Made by a program: the position numbers and the translations under genes. A stretch of DNA of 64,000 nucleotides from an uncultured Candidatus Binatia bacterium (GTDB lineage Bacteria > Desulfobacterota > Binatia > UBA9968 > JAJDTQ01): NCBI GenBank assembly GCA_965213675.1, contig OZ243916.1, positions 128,001 through 192,000 on the forward strand. The letters run 5' to 3'. The notes beneath the pieces are model-generated. The model was not told the origin of the DNA, made no database searches, and worked only from the letters and a program-made list of their open reading frames with translations. The stretch's first letter is position 1. Each line of letters begins with the position of its first letter. Positions 10,265 to 18,817 of this stretch are shown here, in pieces.

Positions 10265-11098
10265 CTATCCGATGGGATGGCGTGTCAGGAAGTCCTCCAA
10301 CGCGGCGATGGCGCCGGCGCCGTCCCAGAAGGTCATGTGGCGCACGCCCGCAATGAGGGCCAATTCGGCTCCGGGTATGGCCTGTCCGAGGCGCCGGGCG
10401 GTGTCCACTGGCGTGCTGCCCTGCCGTTCCACCTTGTCATCCTCGCCGCACAGCACCAGGGTGGGCGCCCCGACCCGTGGCGCCATGGCCAGTGCGTCCC
10501 AGGTGAGGCGCGCGTACTCGTGGCGGCGGAACATTTCGACGGTGGACTGTCCGGACCACAGAGCATCGGCGAGCGCGGCGGCCGCCGCGCGGTTGGCGTG
10601 ATAGAAGGTGGGGTTGAAGGCCATGCCGTCATTGTCCACGTGGGACTTGATGTAGTGCTCGAATCCCAGTTCCTGAATCCGGGCGTGGGTTCTCGGAGAC
10701 ACTTCCCGCGGAGCGCCGCTCAGATTGCGGGCGCCCGGGCCGGTGGCGGCCATGGTGAGGCTGGCCACCAGGTCCGGGCGCTCGATGGCCAAGGCCTGAA
10801 GGATTTGACCCCCGATGGCGAAACCCACCACGTGGCAGCGCGTGATCCCGAGATGCGCCAGCAACGCGGCGCAGTCGCCGGCGAACCGGCTCACGGTGTA
10901 GCCGTCCGCGGGTGCGCTGCTGCGGCCGGTGCCGCGGCAGTCCATGATGATCGTTTCCCAGCGCCGGCTCAGGGCTGGCACCACCTGAAGCTTCCAGGGA
11001 TCCAACGGCCACCAGGATGCCGGAACGAGCAGTACGGGCTCACCCGATCCCGCCCTTTCGTAGAAAATGTCCACTCCCTCCAGCTTCGCTGTCGGCAT
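10265..11098 (-). CDS. Alpha/beta-fold hydrolase with atypical nucleophile elbow (GFAIGG)
   Basis: DCRGTGRS, HVVGFAIGG, LVLCGEDD, GVRHM. Confidence 0.88.
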   Translation of the reverse strand: MPTAKLEGVDIFYERAGSGEPVLLVPASWWPLDPWKLQVVPALSRRWETIIMDCRGTGRSSAPADGYTVSRFAGDCAALLAHLGITRCHVVGFAIGGQILQALAIERPDLVASLTMAATGPGARNLSGAPREVSPRTHARIQELGFEHYIKSHVDNDGMAFNPTFYHANRAAAAALADALWSGQSTVEMFRRHEYARLTWDALAMAPRVGAPTLVLCGEDDKVERQGSTPVDTARRLGQAIPGAELALIAGVRHMTFWDGAGAIAALEDFLTRHPIG

Positions 11099-11303
11099 GT
11101 CGATCTCCGCTTGTTCGTTTGGCGGATACAGCAGGGTCGGACGGGACACGGACGACGCCTAACGCCAACGTGACCCCACGTTCGTTTCGCTGCCGACGAT
11201 AGGACACGCAACGCGCTTGTGCAACCCCGACGTCCAGTCCTCAAGGGTCGCAAAACGCGGTTCCGGGCGCACGGAAAGCAGCGGCGGGGGCGGCTCCGTT
11301 GCC

Positions 11304-12578
11304 CTACTCCGGGGGTGGAACAGGCGCTTGCGCGTCGGAGCGCAGCAACTCCAGGAACTTCCGCCGTGGAAACCCGTCGGCGCGCTGTCCCTTGCTCGCC
11401 TGATAGTGTCGAACGGCCGCGCGCGTCTTCGGACCAATGATGCCGTCGATCTCGCCGATGGCGTATCCCCGCGCCGCCAGCAGGCGCTGCAGTTCGACGC
11501 GCTCGGCTTCGGCGATGGGGGCGATGCCGTCAGGCCATACGAGGACGTTTTCCTGGCCACGCAACCGTTCGGAGAGATGCCCCACCGCGAGGGCGTACTT
11601 GTGAGCCGGGTTGTAGCGCATGATCGCGCGGAAATTCGCGCGCAACAGGAAGGCAGGTCCCTCGATGCCCGCGGGAAGGTCGAGGAACGCCGGCTCCGTG
11701 GGACGAGTGAACGCGTTGCCGTCGGTCCGCCGAACCCCCAGTTGCTCCCAGTCCCGGATGCTCCGCTCCCCCTTGCGGCCGGCGAGTCCGGCGTCGAACC
11801 CCTTCGGGAGGACGACCCTGTCGCCCCAAGGCCTTTGCGGCGCCCACCCGTTGCGGCGCAGATAGTTGGCGGCGGATGCGAGCGCGTCCCGCGGCTCGTC
11901 CCAGATGTCGCGCCGGCCGTCACCGGTGAAGTCCACCGCGTAGGCCAGGTAGCTCGTGGGAATGAACTGCACGTGGCCCATGGCGCCTGCCCACGAGCCG
12001 TTCATGCGCTCCAGCGCGATGTCGCCGGCCTTGAGAATATTCAGGGCCGCCAGCAATTGGTTGCGTCCGAACTTCGCCCGGCGTCCCTGGTAGGCCAGGG
12101 TCGAGAGGGATCGGATGACGTTACGCTTGCCCTGCAACTTGCCGTACAGCGTCTCCATGCCCCAGATGGCGGCCAGCACGTGGCGATCCACCCCGTAGCG
12201 CTCCTCAATGCGTCTCAGGTCGGCGGCGTGTTCCGAAAGCTTGACGCGCCCGTCGCGCACGCGCGTATCGGTGACTACCAGGGCTACGTACTGGGAGGCG
12301 GGCAATATGAACTCCGGTTGCCGGTTGTTCCTTTCGATGACTTCCGGGTCAGGGGTGAGGCCGCGAAACGCGCGGTCATAGAGTGCTTCCGGAATGCCGC
12401 GCCCCAACGCCGCCGAGCGGAATTCGCGCACGAAGGACGCATAGGCGGCGTGGTCGGAGGTGAGCGGCTGGCCTGGGGAAGTGGACGGCGCCACGAAAGC
12501 GGCGATGATCGCGGAAGCGAAGATCGCCAGCACCGGAGCCCGGCGGCGAAAGTTCTTTACGGTGGTGCGTCCTTTCAT
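11304..12578 (-). CDS. Lytic murein transglycosylase (MltB/SLT_2) with C-terminal peptidoglycan-binding domain
   Basis: AIWGMET, GSWAGAMGHVQFIPTSY, YNPAHKYALAV, DGIIGPKTRAA. Confidence 0.95.
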   Translation of the reverse strand: MKGRTTVKNFRRRAPVLAIFASAIIAAFVAPSTSPGQPLTSDHAAYASFVREFRSAALGRGIPEALYDRAFRGLTPDPEVIERNNRQPEFILPASQYVALVVTDTRVRDGRVKLSEHAADLRRIEERYGVDRHVLAAIWGMETLYGKLQGKRNVIRSLSTLAYQGRRAKFGRNQLLAALNILKAGDIALERMNGSWAGAMGHVQFIPTSYLAYAVDFTGDGRRDIWDEPRDALASAANYLRRNGWAPQRPWGDRVVLPKGFDAGLAGRKGERSIRDWEQLGVRRTDGNAFTRPTEPAFLDLPAGIEGPAFLLRANFRAIMRYNPAHKYALAVGHLSERLRGQENVLVWPDGIAPIAEAERVELQRLLAARGYAIGEIDGIIGPKTRAAVRHYQASKGQRADGFPRRKFLELLRSDAQAPVPPPE

Positions 12579-12602
12579 GAAGTATACGGGTCCTTCCGCA
12601 GC

Positions 12603-12833
12603 CTACGTGAACAGTTTTACGATGATGGCGATGAGTCCCGCAAGTATGGTCAGGGCCCCCAAAGCCATTTTGCTCTCGAGCTTGGAAATGTCCGCCTTTG
12701 TGGCCAGGTGCGGAAGAGTCGATTCAAAGGCCGTCTCCAGCCGGGTGATGTCCGTCTTGGTGGCCAAGTGCGGAAGAGTCGATTCGAAGCCTGCCTCCAG
12801 CCGCGTGATGCGTTCTTCCGTTCCGTTCGCCAT
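12603..12833 (-). CDS. Small coiled-coil repeat membrane-anchored protein (DUF1640/CCDC90/Bdr-like)
   Basis: SD GGAGG; two 20-aa repeats ITRLExxFESTLPHLATKxD; C-terminal TM helix. Confidence 0.8.
   Translation of the reverse strand: MANGTEERITRLEAGFESTLPHLATKTDITRLETAFESTLPHLATKADISKLESKMALGALTILAGLIAIIVKLFT
12691..12810. repeat. 2 x 60-bp intragenic tandem repeat
   Basis: Units 12691-12750 and 12751-12810 are near-identical. Confidence 0.9.
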
Positions 12834-13037
12834 GATTGCCAACCTCCCGTTATCCAACCCTGCCGCCATCTTGACCGCGGCCGCCATGAAAATCAACGGT
12901 TTTGAACATGGGTCCACCCCAAGAGCCTTCGCGGTAGTTTGCCCAACGAATCCCTGCTGACTATATTTGGAAGCGCGTTGCTTCCCAGCTCCGCGCACAC
13001 ATGCCTTCAGCGACATCACACGAGAGGAGAATGCACC

Positions 13038-13898
13038 ATGCCCAGACCGCGCCCCATCCAGTGGCCGGACAATGCCAAGATTTGCGTCACTTTCATCATT
13101 CCGTGGGAGGTGTGGCCGGACAACTACGCCACCCGCGGTTCCCTCCAGCGCGTCAGCCATCCGCTGCCGCCGGAGAACGCCGTCTTCAAGCAGAACATGG
13201 CCGCGGTCACCGAGCGCGAGTACGGGGACCGGGTCGGCATCTGGCGCATCATGGACATGTTCGAGCGGCACAATCTCAAGGTCACCTTCCTGATGAACGG
13301 CAAGAAGGTGGAGCAGTTCCCCGACGAGTGCAAGGAGTTTCAGGCCCAGGGGCACGAGTTTTCCTCGGAGTGTTACGAGCACGAATACGCGTTCATGTAC
13401 ACGCGGGAAGAAGAGCGGAAATCCATCCAGGATACGGTGGCCGCCTTCAGGAACGTCCTCGGCGCGCCTCCCACCGGCTATCTGTCGCCCGGTCACGCGT
13501 CCACGAACAACACGCTGGACTTGGTGGCGGAGGCTGGGTTCGTGTGGTGGGCCGACCCGCTCAATTCGGACATCCCCTATACCGTCGAGGCCGGCGGACG
13601 CAAGGTCGCGGTGGTGCCGTACAACGTGCCGGGGTGCAACGACTACTCCACCTACGGCGGTGGTCGCACGCCTCGTGACCTGCTCCAGATCATGAAGGAT
13701 CAGTTCGACTACCTCTATTGGGAAGGTGAACAGGGCGCGCCCAAGTTCTTCGCCTTCAATCTCCACCCGTTCGTCTCCGGTGTGCCCTACCGCACCCGGA
13801 TCGTCGACGAGTTCATCAAGTACGCCAAGGGCTTCAGCGATGTCTGGTTCGCGCGCCGTCTGGAGATCGCCAACTGGGTGCTGGATCAGGGTTACTGA
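13038..13898 (+). CDS. Polysaccharide deacetylase family protein (PuuE-like)
   Basis: IQWPDNAKI, EYGDRVGIWRI, PTGYLSPG, NLHPFVSGVPYR, VWFA. Confidence 0.9.
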   Translation: MPRPRPIQWPDNAKICVTFIIPWEVWPDNYATRGSLQRVSHPLPPENAVFKQNMAAVTEREYGDRVGIWRIMDMFERHNLKVTFLMNGKKVEQFPDECKEFQAQGHEFSSECYEHEYAFMYTREEERKSIQDTVAAFRNVLGAPPTGYLSPGHASTNNTLDLVAEAGFVWWADPLNSDIPYTVEAGGRKVAVVPYNVPGCNDYSTYGGGRTPRDLLQIMKDQFDYLYWEGEQGAPKFFAFNLHPFVSGVPYRTRIVDEFIKYAKGFSDVWFARRLEIANWVLDQGY

Positions 13899-13910
13899 CA
13901 CCGTGTCTCG

Positions 13911-14723
13911 TCATGGTGGCGGGTCGTTGGGAAGACGGCTCATGACGGCGCCGAGTTCCAGAGTCCTGCCGTACACGCTGCGCGCACAGTCGCTGAGGAG
14001 GAAGGCCGCCACCGCGGCGACCTCCCCGGCCGACGGGACGTCACTTTCCCGGCACGGGCGCCTGTCCCCGATTGCCGTCCCCGCGGGCGGCGGTTCCGGC
14101 TCACCCGGCGCCGGATCGGACTCGGGCCGCACCCGGCCGGCGCGTATGGGGCGCCGCCAGAAGGGCGGCGGCTTCAGGACGTTCAGGGTGACATTATCCT
14201 GAGCGGCTTCCGTGGCGACGCCATGCAACCATGCCGTGAGCGCGGCGTCGGTGGCGGCACGGACGCTGCCCCCAGCGCCGTTGCGATCCTCCGGCCATGG
14301 AACCATCCAGAGGACGCGCCCCCAGCACCGGCTCCGCATTCCGCGAAGAAGAGTCTCCGTGAGCGCCCTGAAGCGCAGGAATCCGTCGTCGAGCCGGGCG
14401 CTCCAGTCGGGGTTGCCCTGTCCATCGTCCCGCAAGGCGTGCCGGACGATGCCGAACAGGATATCGATGGCGCCGAAGTCGCGTGCGATCCGCTCCACCT
14501 GGCCGCCGGCCGACGCTTCGCTCCACGCCTCCAGGGGGTAGCCGGCGGTCCGGACGCCACCCCGCTCCGCGGCTTCGGCGGCCACCCGTCGCGCCGCCCA
14601 TTCCTTGCGCGCGCACACGGCCACGTTGGCGCCCTCGGCGGCCAGCGCTCCGGCCACGGCCCGGCCGATGCCGCGAGATCCGCCGAAGACCAGTGCGCTG
14701 CGGCCCTTGATGCCCAGGTCCAT
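13911..14723 (-). CDS. SDR-family protein, catalytically degenerate
   Basis: MDLGIKGRSALVFGGSRGIG Rossmann start; NAG and YxxxK motifs absent. Confidence 0.8.
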   Translation of the reverse strand: MDLGIKGRSALVFGGSRGIGRAVAGALAAEGANVAVCARKEWAARRVAAEAAERGGVRTAGYPLEAWSEASAGGQVERIARDFGAIDILFGIVRHALRDDGQGNPDWSARLDDGFLRFRALTETLLRGMRSRCWGRVLWMVPWPEDRNGAGGSVRAATDAALTAWLHGVATEAAQDNVTLNVLKPPPFWRRPIRAGRVRPESDPAPGEPEPPPAGTAIGDRRPCRESDVPSAGEVAAVAAFLLSDCARSVYGRTLELGAVMSRLPNDPPP

Positions 14724-14735
14724 GCGTCTCTCCGT

Positions 14736-16655
14736 TCATCCTGAATGCGCGAGCGCCGCCGGGGGCGGACCGCTCAGGGCCTCTACCAACTCTGTTTCCC
14801 GGGACATCATGTCGGCGAAGTAGCCGTTTCCGCGGACGAGTTCCGCGGGAGATCCCTGCTCGGTGATCTTTCCCTGGTCGAGACAGATGACCCGGTCCAC
14901 GTGGCGCAGCGCGGACAACCGGTGGGCGATGATGATGACCGTCCGCCCTTGTGCCAAGCCCTGCAGGTTCCGCTGGATGCGCAGCTCGTCCTCCTTGTCC
15001 AGGGCGCTCGTGGCTTCATCCAGAATGAGCAACGCACGCGCATGAAACAACCCGCGCGCCAGCGCCAGCCGCTGCCGTTCACCGCCCGAGAGAAGGCTGC
15101 CGCGGGCGCCGATGGTGGTGGCGTAGCCCTTGGGCATGCGGGTGATGAACTCGTGGGCGCACGCCGCCTTGGCGGCCGCGGTCACCTGCGGCATCTGGCG
15201 CTCGCCCGGTCCCAGCGCGATGTTGTCGGCGATGCTGCGCCGGAAGATCGGATAGTCCTGCTCCACTGCGCCGATGTGAGCGCGCAGCCACGCGGGATCG
15301 ATGATCGTCGCGTCGACGTTGTCGAGGAGCACGCGCCCCTCGTTGGCCAGGTAGAGTCTCTGAATCAACCGGCTGAGGGTGCTCTTGCCTGAGCCCGACG
15401 GCCCTGCGATGCCCACGGTTTCGCCGGGCGCGACATCGAAGGTCACGCCGTCGAGTGCCATCCGGTCGGTGTCCGGATAGCGGAAGCGGACGTCCTCGAA
15501 ACGAATGCCCCCCGTGAAAGCGGGCGGCCGGATGAGGTGCCCGCCGTGGCGCTCCGTCTCCTCGTTGAGCACGGTGGCCAGTTCCTTCACCAGCCCGCGT
15601 GACCGGCCGAAGTCGTACGCGAACAGGCACAGGCGCATCATGGGCTGGGAAAAGCGCATGTTGACCAGGTTGACCGCCACGAGCTGGCCCAGGGTGAGTT
15701 GGCCGTCCAGGACCATGGAGGCGCCGAACCAGAGCAGCCCGGCCGTGGCGAGACGGTTCACGAACTGGTTGTACTGGGTCGTGGATTCGCGCAGGTCTTG
15801 CGTGTCCTCCTCCGATGCCACCGCGGCGTCCACACGGTCGACGAGGAAGTCTTCCTGGGCCCTCACCTCGTTCATGCCCTTGACGGTCTCGATGCCGGTG
15901 AAGGTGTCGAGCACCGCCTCGTTGCTTTCCCGCCGGTTCCCGCGGGTGCGCCGGGTCCATCGCCGCAATGTCGGCATCACCACAAAGGCCGGAGCGATGT
16001 AGAGGGGAAGGGAGGCCAGGATGATCATCGACAACGTCAGGCTGAAATTCAGCATCAGCGCCAGGAAGACGACCACGAAGACGACGTCGACGAACACGAA
16101 CACCACGGCGTTGGTGAGGAAGCGCCGCAGTTGCTGAAGCTCCTCGATGCGGGAGAGGGTCTCCACCGGGGTGTTGCGGAGGTAGAAGGACGCGGGCAGC
16201 TCCAGCGAGTGACGAATGAGCCGCGACAGCAGCGTGCGGTCCATGTGGCGCACGGCCCGGCGCAGCGCGCGGTGGCGCGCCGCGCGCAGGATGGCTTCGA
16301 ACAACAGGAAGAAGAGCAGGCTGACGATAATGACGTCGAGGGTGGCGGCGCCCCGGTTGGACAGGACCTTGTCGATGATGATCAGGAAGGCGAAAGGGTA
16401 GATGTAACCCAGGAGGTTGACGAAGAAGGACGCCGCCACCAACGGTCCGAAGACAGCCTTGTTGTGGAATATGTGCTTCGCGACGGAGGCGAGCGAGAAC
16501 TCCGCGTCTTCCCCTTCGACGGGACTCGCCGGCCTCTCCGCGGGATCGCCGGTGGGCTCCACGCGCGGTCGGGCCCGGCCCGGCGCACCCGCGCCCCGGG
16601 GGCGGGCGCCGGCCGGCCCACGGCCCTCAAGCCTGTGCTGCGTCGCGGGCGTCAT
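14736..16655 (-). CDS. HlyB/bacteriocin-type ABC exporter (TMD+NBD) without C39 peptidase domain
   Basis: IIIDKVL, GQLTLGQLVA, GPSGSGKSTL, LSGGERQR, ILDEATSALD, IIAHRL. Confidence 0.92.
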   Translation of the reverse strand: MTPATQHRLEGRGPAGARPRGAGAPGRARPRVEPTGDPAERPASPVEGEDAEFSLASVAKHIFHNKAVFGPLVAASFFVNLLGYIYPFAFLIIIDKVLSNRGAATLDVIIVSLLFFLLFEAILRAARHRALRRAVRHMDRTLLSRLIRHSLELPASFYLRNTPVETLSRIEELQQLRRFLTNAVVFVFVDVVFVVVFLALMLNFSLTLSMIILASLPLYIAPAFVVMPTLRRWTRRTRGNRRESNEAVLDTFTGIETVKGMNEVRAQEDFLVDRVDAAVASEEDTQDLRESTTQYNQFVNRLATAGLLWFGASMVLDGQLTLGQLVAVNLVNMRFSQPMMRLCLFAYDFGRSRGLVKELATVLNEETERHGGHLIRPPAFTGGIRFEDVRFRYPDTDRMALDGVTFDVAPGETVGIAGPSGSGKSTLSRLIQRLYLANEGRVLLDNVDATIIDPAWLRAHIGAVEQDYPIFRRSIADNIALGPGERQMPQVTAAAKAACAHEFITRMPKGYATTIGARGSLLSGGERQRLALARGLFHARALLILDEATSALDKEDELRIQRNLQGLAQGRTVIIIAHRLSALRHVDRVICLDQGKITEQGSPAELVRGNGYFADMMSRETELVEALSGPPPAALAHSG

Positions 16656-17487
16656 CGGTGCTCACCAGTGCGAGGCCTTGCGCCGCAAGCTCCTTGATCA
16701 GGTGCCTGCGGGGGTCGTCGGCTTCCGCGCGGGCACTCTCCGCCAACGGTGTCGGATTGCCCGCAGGACCATTTGCCGGGCTTGTCGCGGCAGCAGTCCT
16801 GTCGCCCACGGCCCCGGCGGCGAGGGAACGCCATTCTCGGGAGCCTTCCAGCAGGGTGAAGGCCTCCGGCGCCAACTCCAGAACCCTGGGACGTCGCCGT
16901 CCACGGGTCGCGAGTATCACCATGTGCACCCTTCGTTCCGTCACCGGCTCACGGGAGCGGGTGGGCTCGAACAGGGCGCGCACGTCGTGCCGGCATTGCA
17001 CGAGGCCCGCGCACGGATGTGTCCGGTACCAGAAGCCCGGCTCTTGGGGCCGCGCCGCCAATACATCGCTCTCCATGCCTGCGGGGCGCAGCGTCCGTGC
17101 CCATGCCAGCGCCAGCTCGATGGCCGCGACGTCCGCGGTCCAGGGCGGCCGCGGCGGTTGGTCGACGTCCGGTGCGAGGAACCGTTGGAAGAAACGTTCA
17201 GCGTCCGGGTAGCGCTCATAGGTCCGCGGCGGGCACGCCGTGGCGTAGTCGCGGGCGAGGGCCGGGAACCCGTGTCCCAGCAGCGTGGCGGTGCGCTCGA
17301 ACGTCTGGCGGAGGCGCGCCATGCGCTTGTTGTACGAGAATTCGGCTTCCAGGCGCAGCCGCCCCACATCCATGCCATGAAGCTCGGGGTCCCGGACCGC
17401 GGAGTCGAGGTCGGGAGTCCCGAAGATGAGGGCCGGGCTGGTCAGGTGCCGCAGCAGATGGGTCTGTCTGTCAATGAGCCGGTGCAT
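16627..17487 (-). CDS. MNIO partner protein (DUF2063/HvfC/BufC-like)
   Basis: RLRQTFERTATLLG..FPALARDY...PP, W.ADVAAIELAL; C-terminal winged-helix-like LIKELAAQGL; overlaps the DUF692 stop. Confidence 0.75.
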   Translation of the reverse strand: MHRLIDRQTHLLRHLTSPALIFGTPDLDSAVRDPELHGMDVGRLRLEAEFSYNKRMARLRQTFERTATLLGHGFPALARDYATACPPRTYERYPDAERFFQRFLAPDVDQPPRPPWTADVAAIELALAWARTLRPAGMESDVLAARPQEPGFWYRTHPCAGLVQCRHDVRALFEPTRSREPVTERRVHMVILATRGRRRPRVLELAPEAFTLLEGSREWRSLAAGAVGDRTAAATSPANGPAGNPTPLAESARAEADDPRRHLIKELAAQGLALVSTDDARDAAQA

Positions 17488-18358
17488 GAATCATACTCCC
17501 TTCGCTTGTGGAGGCGGCTCTGGCCACCTGCCGGCGGAGCCGCGTCACGTCCGCCAGAAGCTCATCTCCCTGTTCGTAGTCGTTGTCCCGCTCCAGGATC
17601 ACCGTTCGGGGGCGCTGGCGGTCGAGGGCGTACTCCAGGAGATCCAGTGCTTGTTGGGGCACGGGGTGGCTGTGGTTGTCGGCGTGGAAGGGTACGTCGA
17701 GGTAGGGCCGCTGGATGAGAGGACCCCCGGCCGCATGCACCCCGGTCACCACGCCCTCGGGCAGTTGGTCGAGAAACGCCAGCGGATCGACGCCATGGTT
17801 CGAGGCGTTGACGAACAGGTTCTCCACGTCCAGCAGCATGCCCACGCCGGTCTCGCGGAACAGCAGGTTGAAGAACTCCGCGTCGTTCATCTCCGCGTTC
17901 GGAAAGTCGAAGACGTACGAGATGTTCTCGATGGCGAAGGGCACCGGCAAGTGCGCCTGGACCCGCTCGATCTTGCGGATGAGCATGTCCGCGGCGGCGC
18001 GGGTCTTGGGCACCGGCAGCAGGTTGGCGAGGTCGATGCCGGGAACCTTGGTCCAGGCGAGGTGTTCGCTGTAGGACGGAATCTTCAGGTCCTCGATGGT
18101 TTCCGCCACCGCGTCGAGATAGGCCTCGTCCAGGGGAGCGTCGGTGCCGATGGAAAGCCCCACGCCGTGCAGGACAAGGGGCACCCGGTCCACCAGGTTT
18201 TGGATGGCCCGGCGCGCGTAGTCGCCGCCCTTGATGTAGTGGTCCACCGTGACCTCCAGCACGTCGAAGCGGTGCAGGTTCGCCAGCGTCCACTTGGCGA
18301 CGGGAACACGGAAGCCGATGCCGATAAGGGGGGACTCGGATGGAATTGAACTGTTCAT
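17471..18358 (-). CDS. DUF692 family multinuclear non-heme iron oxidative enzyme (MNIO; MbnB/TglH/ChrH/HvfB/BufB family)
   Basis: GIGFR, HGVGLSIG, SEHL, IENIS, LLDVENL, HAAGG, DNH, LERD; SD GGAGG. Confidence 0.95.
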   Translation of the reverse strand: MNSSIPSESPLIGIGFRVPVAKWTLANLHRFDVLEVTVDHYIKGGDYARRAIQNLVDRVPLVLHGVGLSIGTDAPLDEAYLDAVAETIEDLKIPSYSEHLAWTKVPGIDLANLLPVPKTRAAADMLIRKIERVQAHLPVPFAIENISYVFDFPNAEMNDAEFFNLLFRETGVGMLLDVENLFVNASNHGVDPLAFLDQLPEGVVTGVHAAGGPLIQRPYLDVPFHADNHSHPVPQQALDLLEYALDRQRPRTVILERDNDYEQGDELLADVTRLRRQVARAASTSEGSMIHAPAH

Positions 18359-18658
18359 GGAACCTCCCGACTCGAAATGAAATCATGAGCCCGGCGCTTG
18401 CCGCGTCCGGCACGCACCGGTCTTTGCGAGCGCTGCGCCGCCTTTCACGGCCGCGCTACGTCCTCACAAGTATCAATCGAAAGGTGGTCGCTGAACTTTA
18501 GCCCCGGCCGCTGAAAAACTCCGCGAGCGGCCGGGTCGGTGTGGAACGGAGCGCTATGCGAAAGCTGTGGTATCCGCTTGCGCTCCGACAGGGGAGGTCT
18601 GAAATGGTCAGGGAATTGGCAGGGCCGCCTGTGTGGGGCAACCCTACCGGGCTAACTA

Positions 18659-18817
18659 GTGTGGTGTCTGGTTAATACGCGTCATAATCTGCGGGTCTTT
18701 TTCGCCGTCGGCTGCGTTGCTCTTCCTCGCGTGGTACACGCCACTGCTCGTCATCGCGCCTTGCCGACGACAAAAAATCCTCCGCAGATTATGACGCGAA
18801 TTAACCAGACACCACAC
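18659..18817. mobile_element. MITE family A, copy 2; supplies the last codons and stop of the 18801-19826 gene
   Basis: TIR GTGTGGTGTCTGGTTAAT...ATTAACCAGACACCACAC; CTAG at left junction; same core as copy 1. Confidence 0.8.

Noticed and set aside
12834-13901. 432-aa minus-strand ORF 12603-13901
   Set aside because: Only the last 76 codons have an SD and protein-like sequence; the rest is antisense to the deacetylase.
18380-18470. c-di-GMP-I riboswitch
   Set aside because: Has GAAA and CGCAAAG but lacks the GGCAAA start and CUAA receptor motifs; kept only as a generic structured leader.
18604-18675. 23-aa ORF with strong SD (MVRELAGPPVWGNPTGLTSVVSG) as the MNIO precursor
   Set aside because: Opposite strand to the operon, no Cys, and its 3' end is supplied by the MITE; it could at most be a disrupted remnant.
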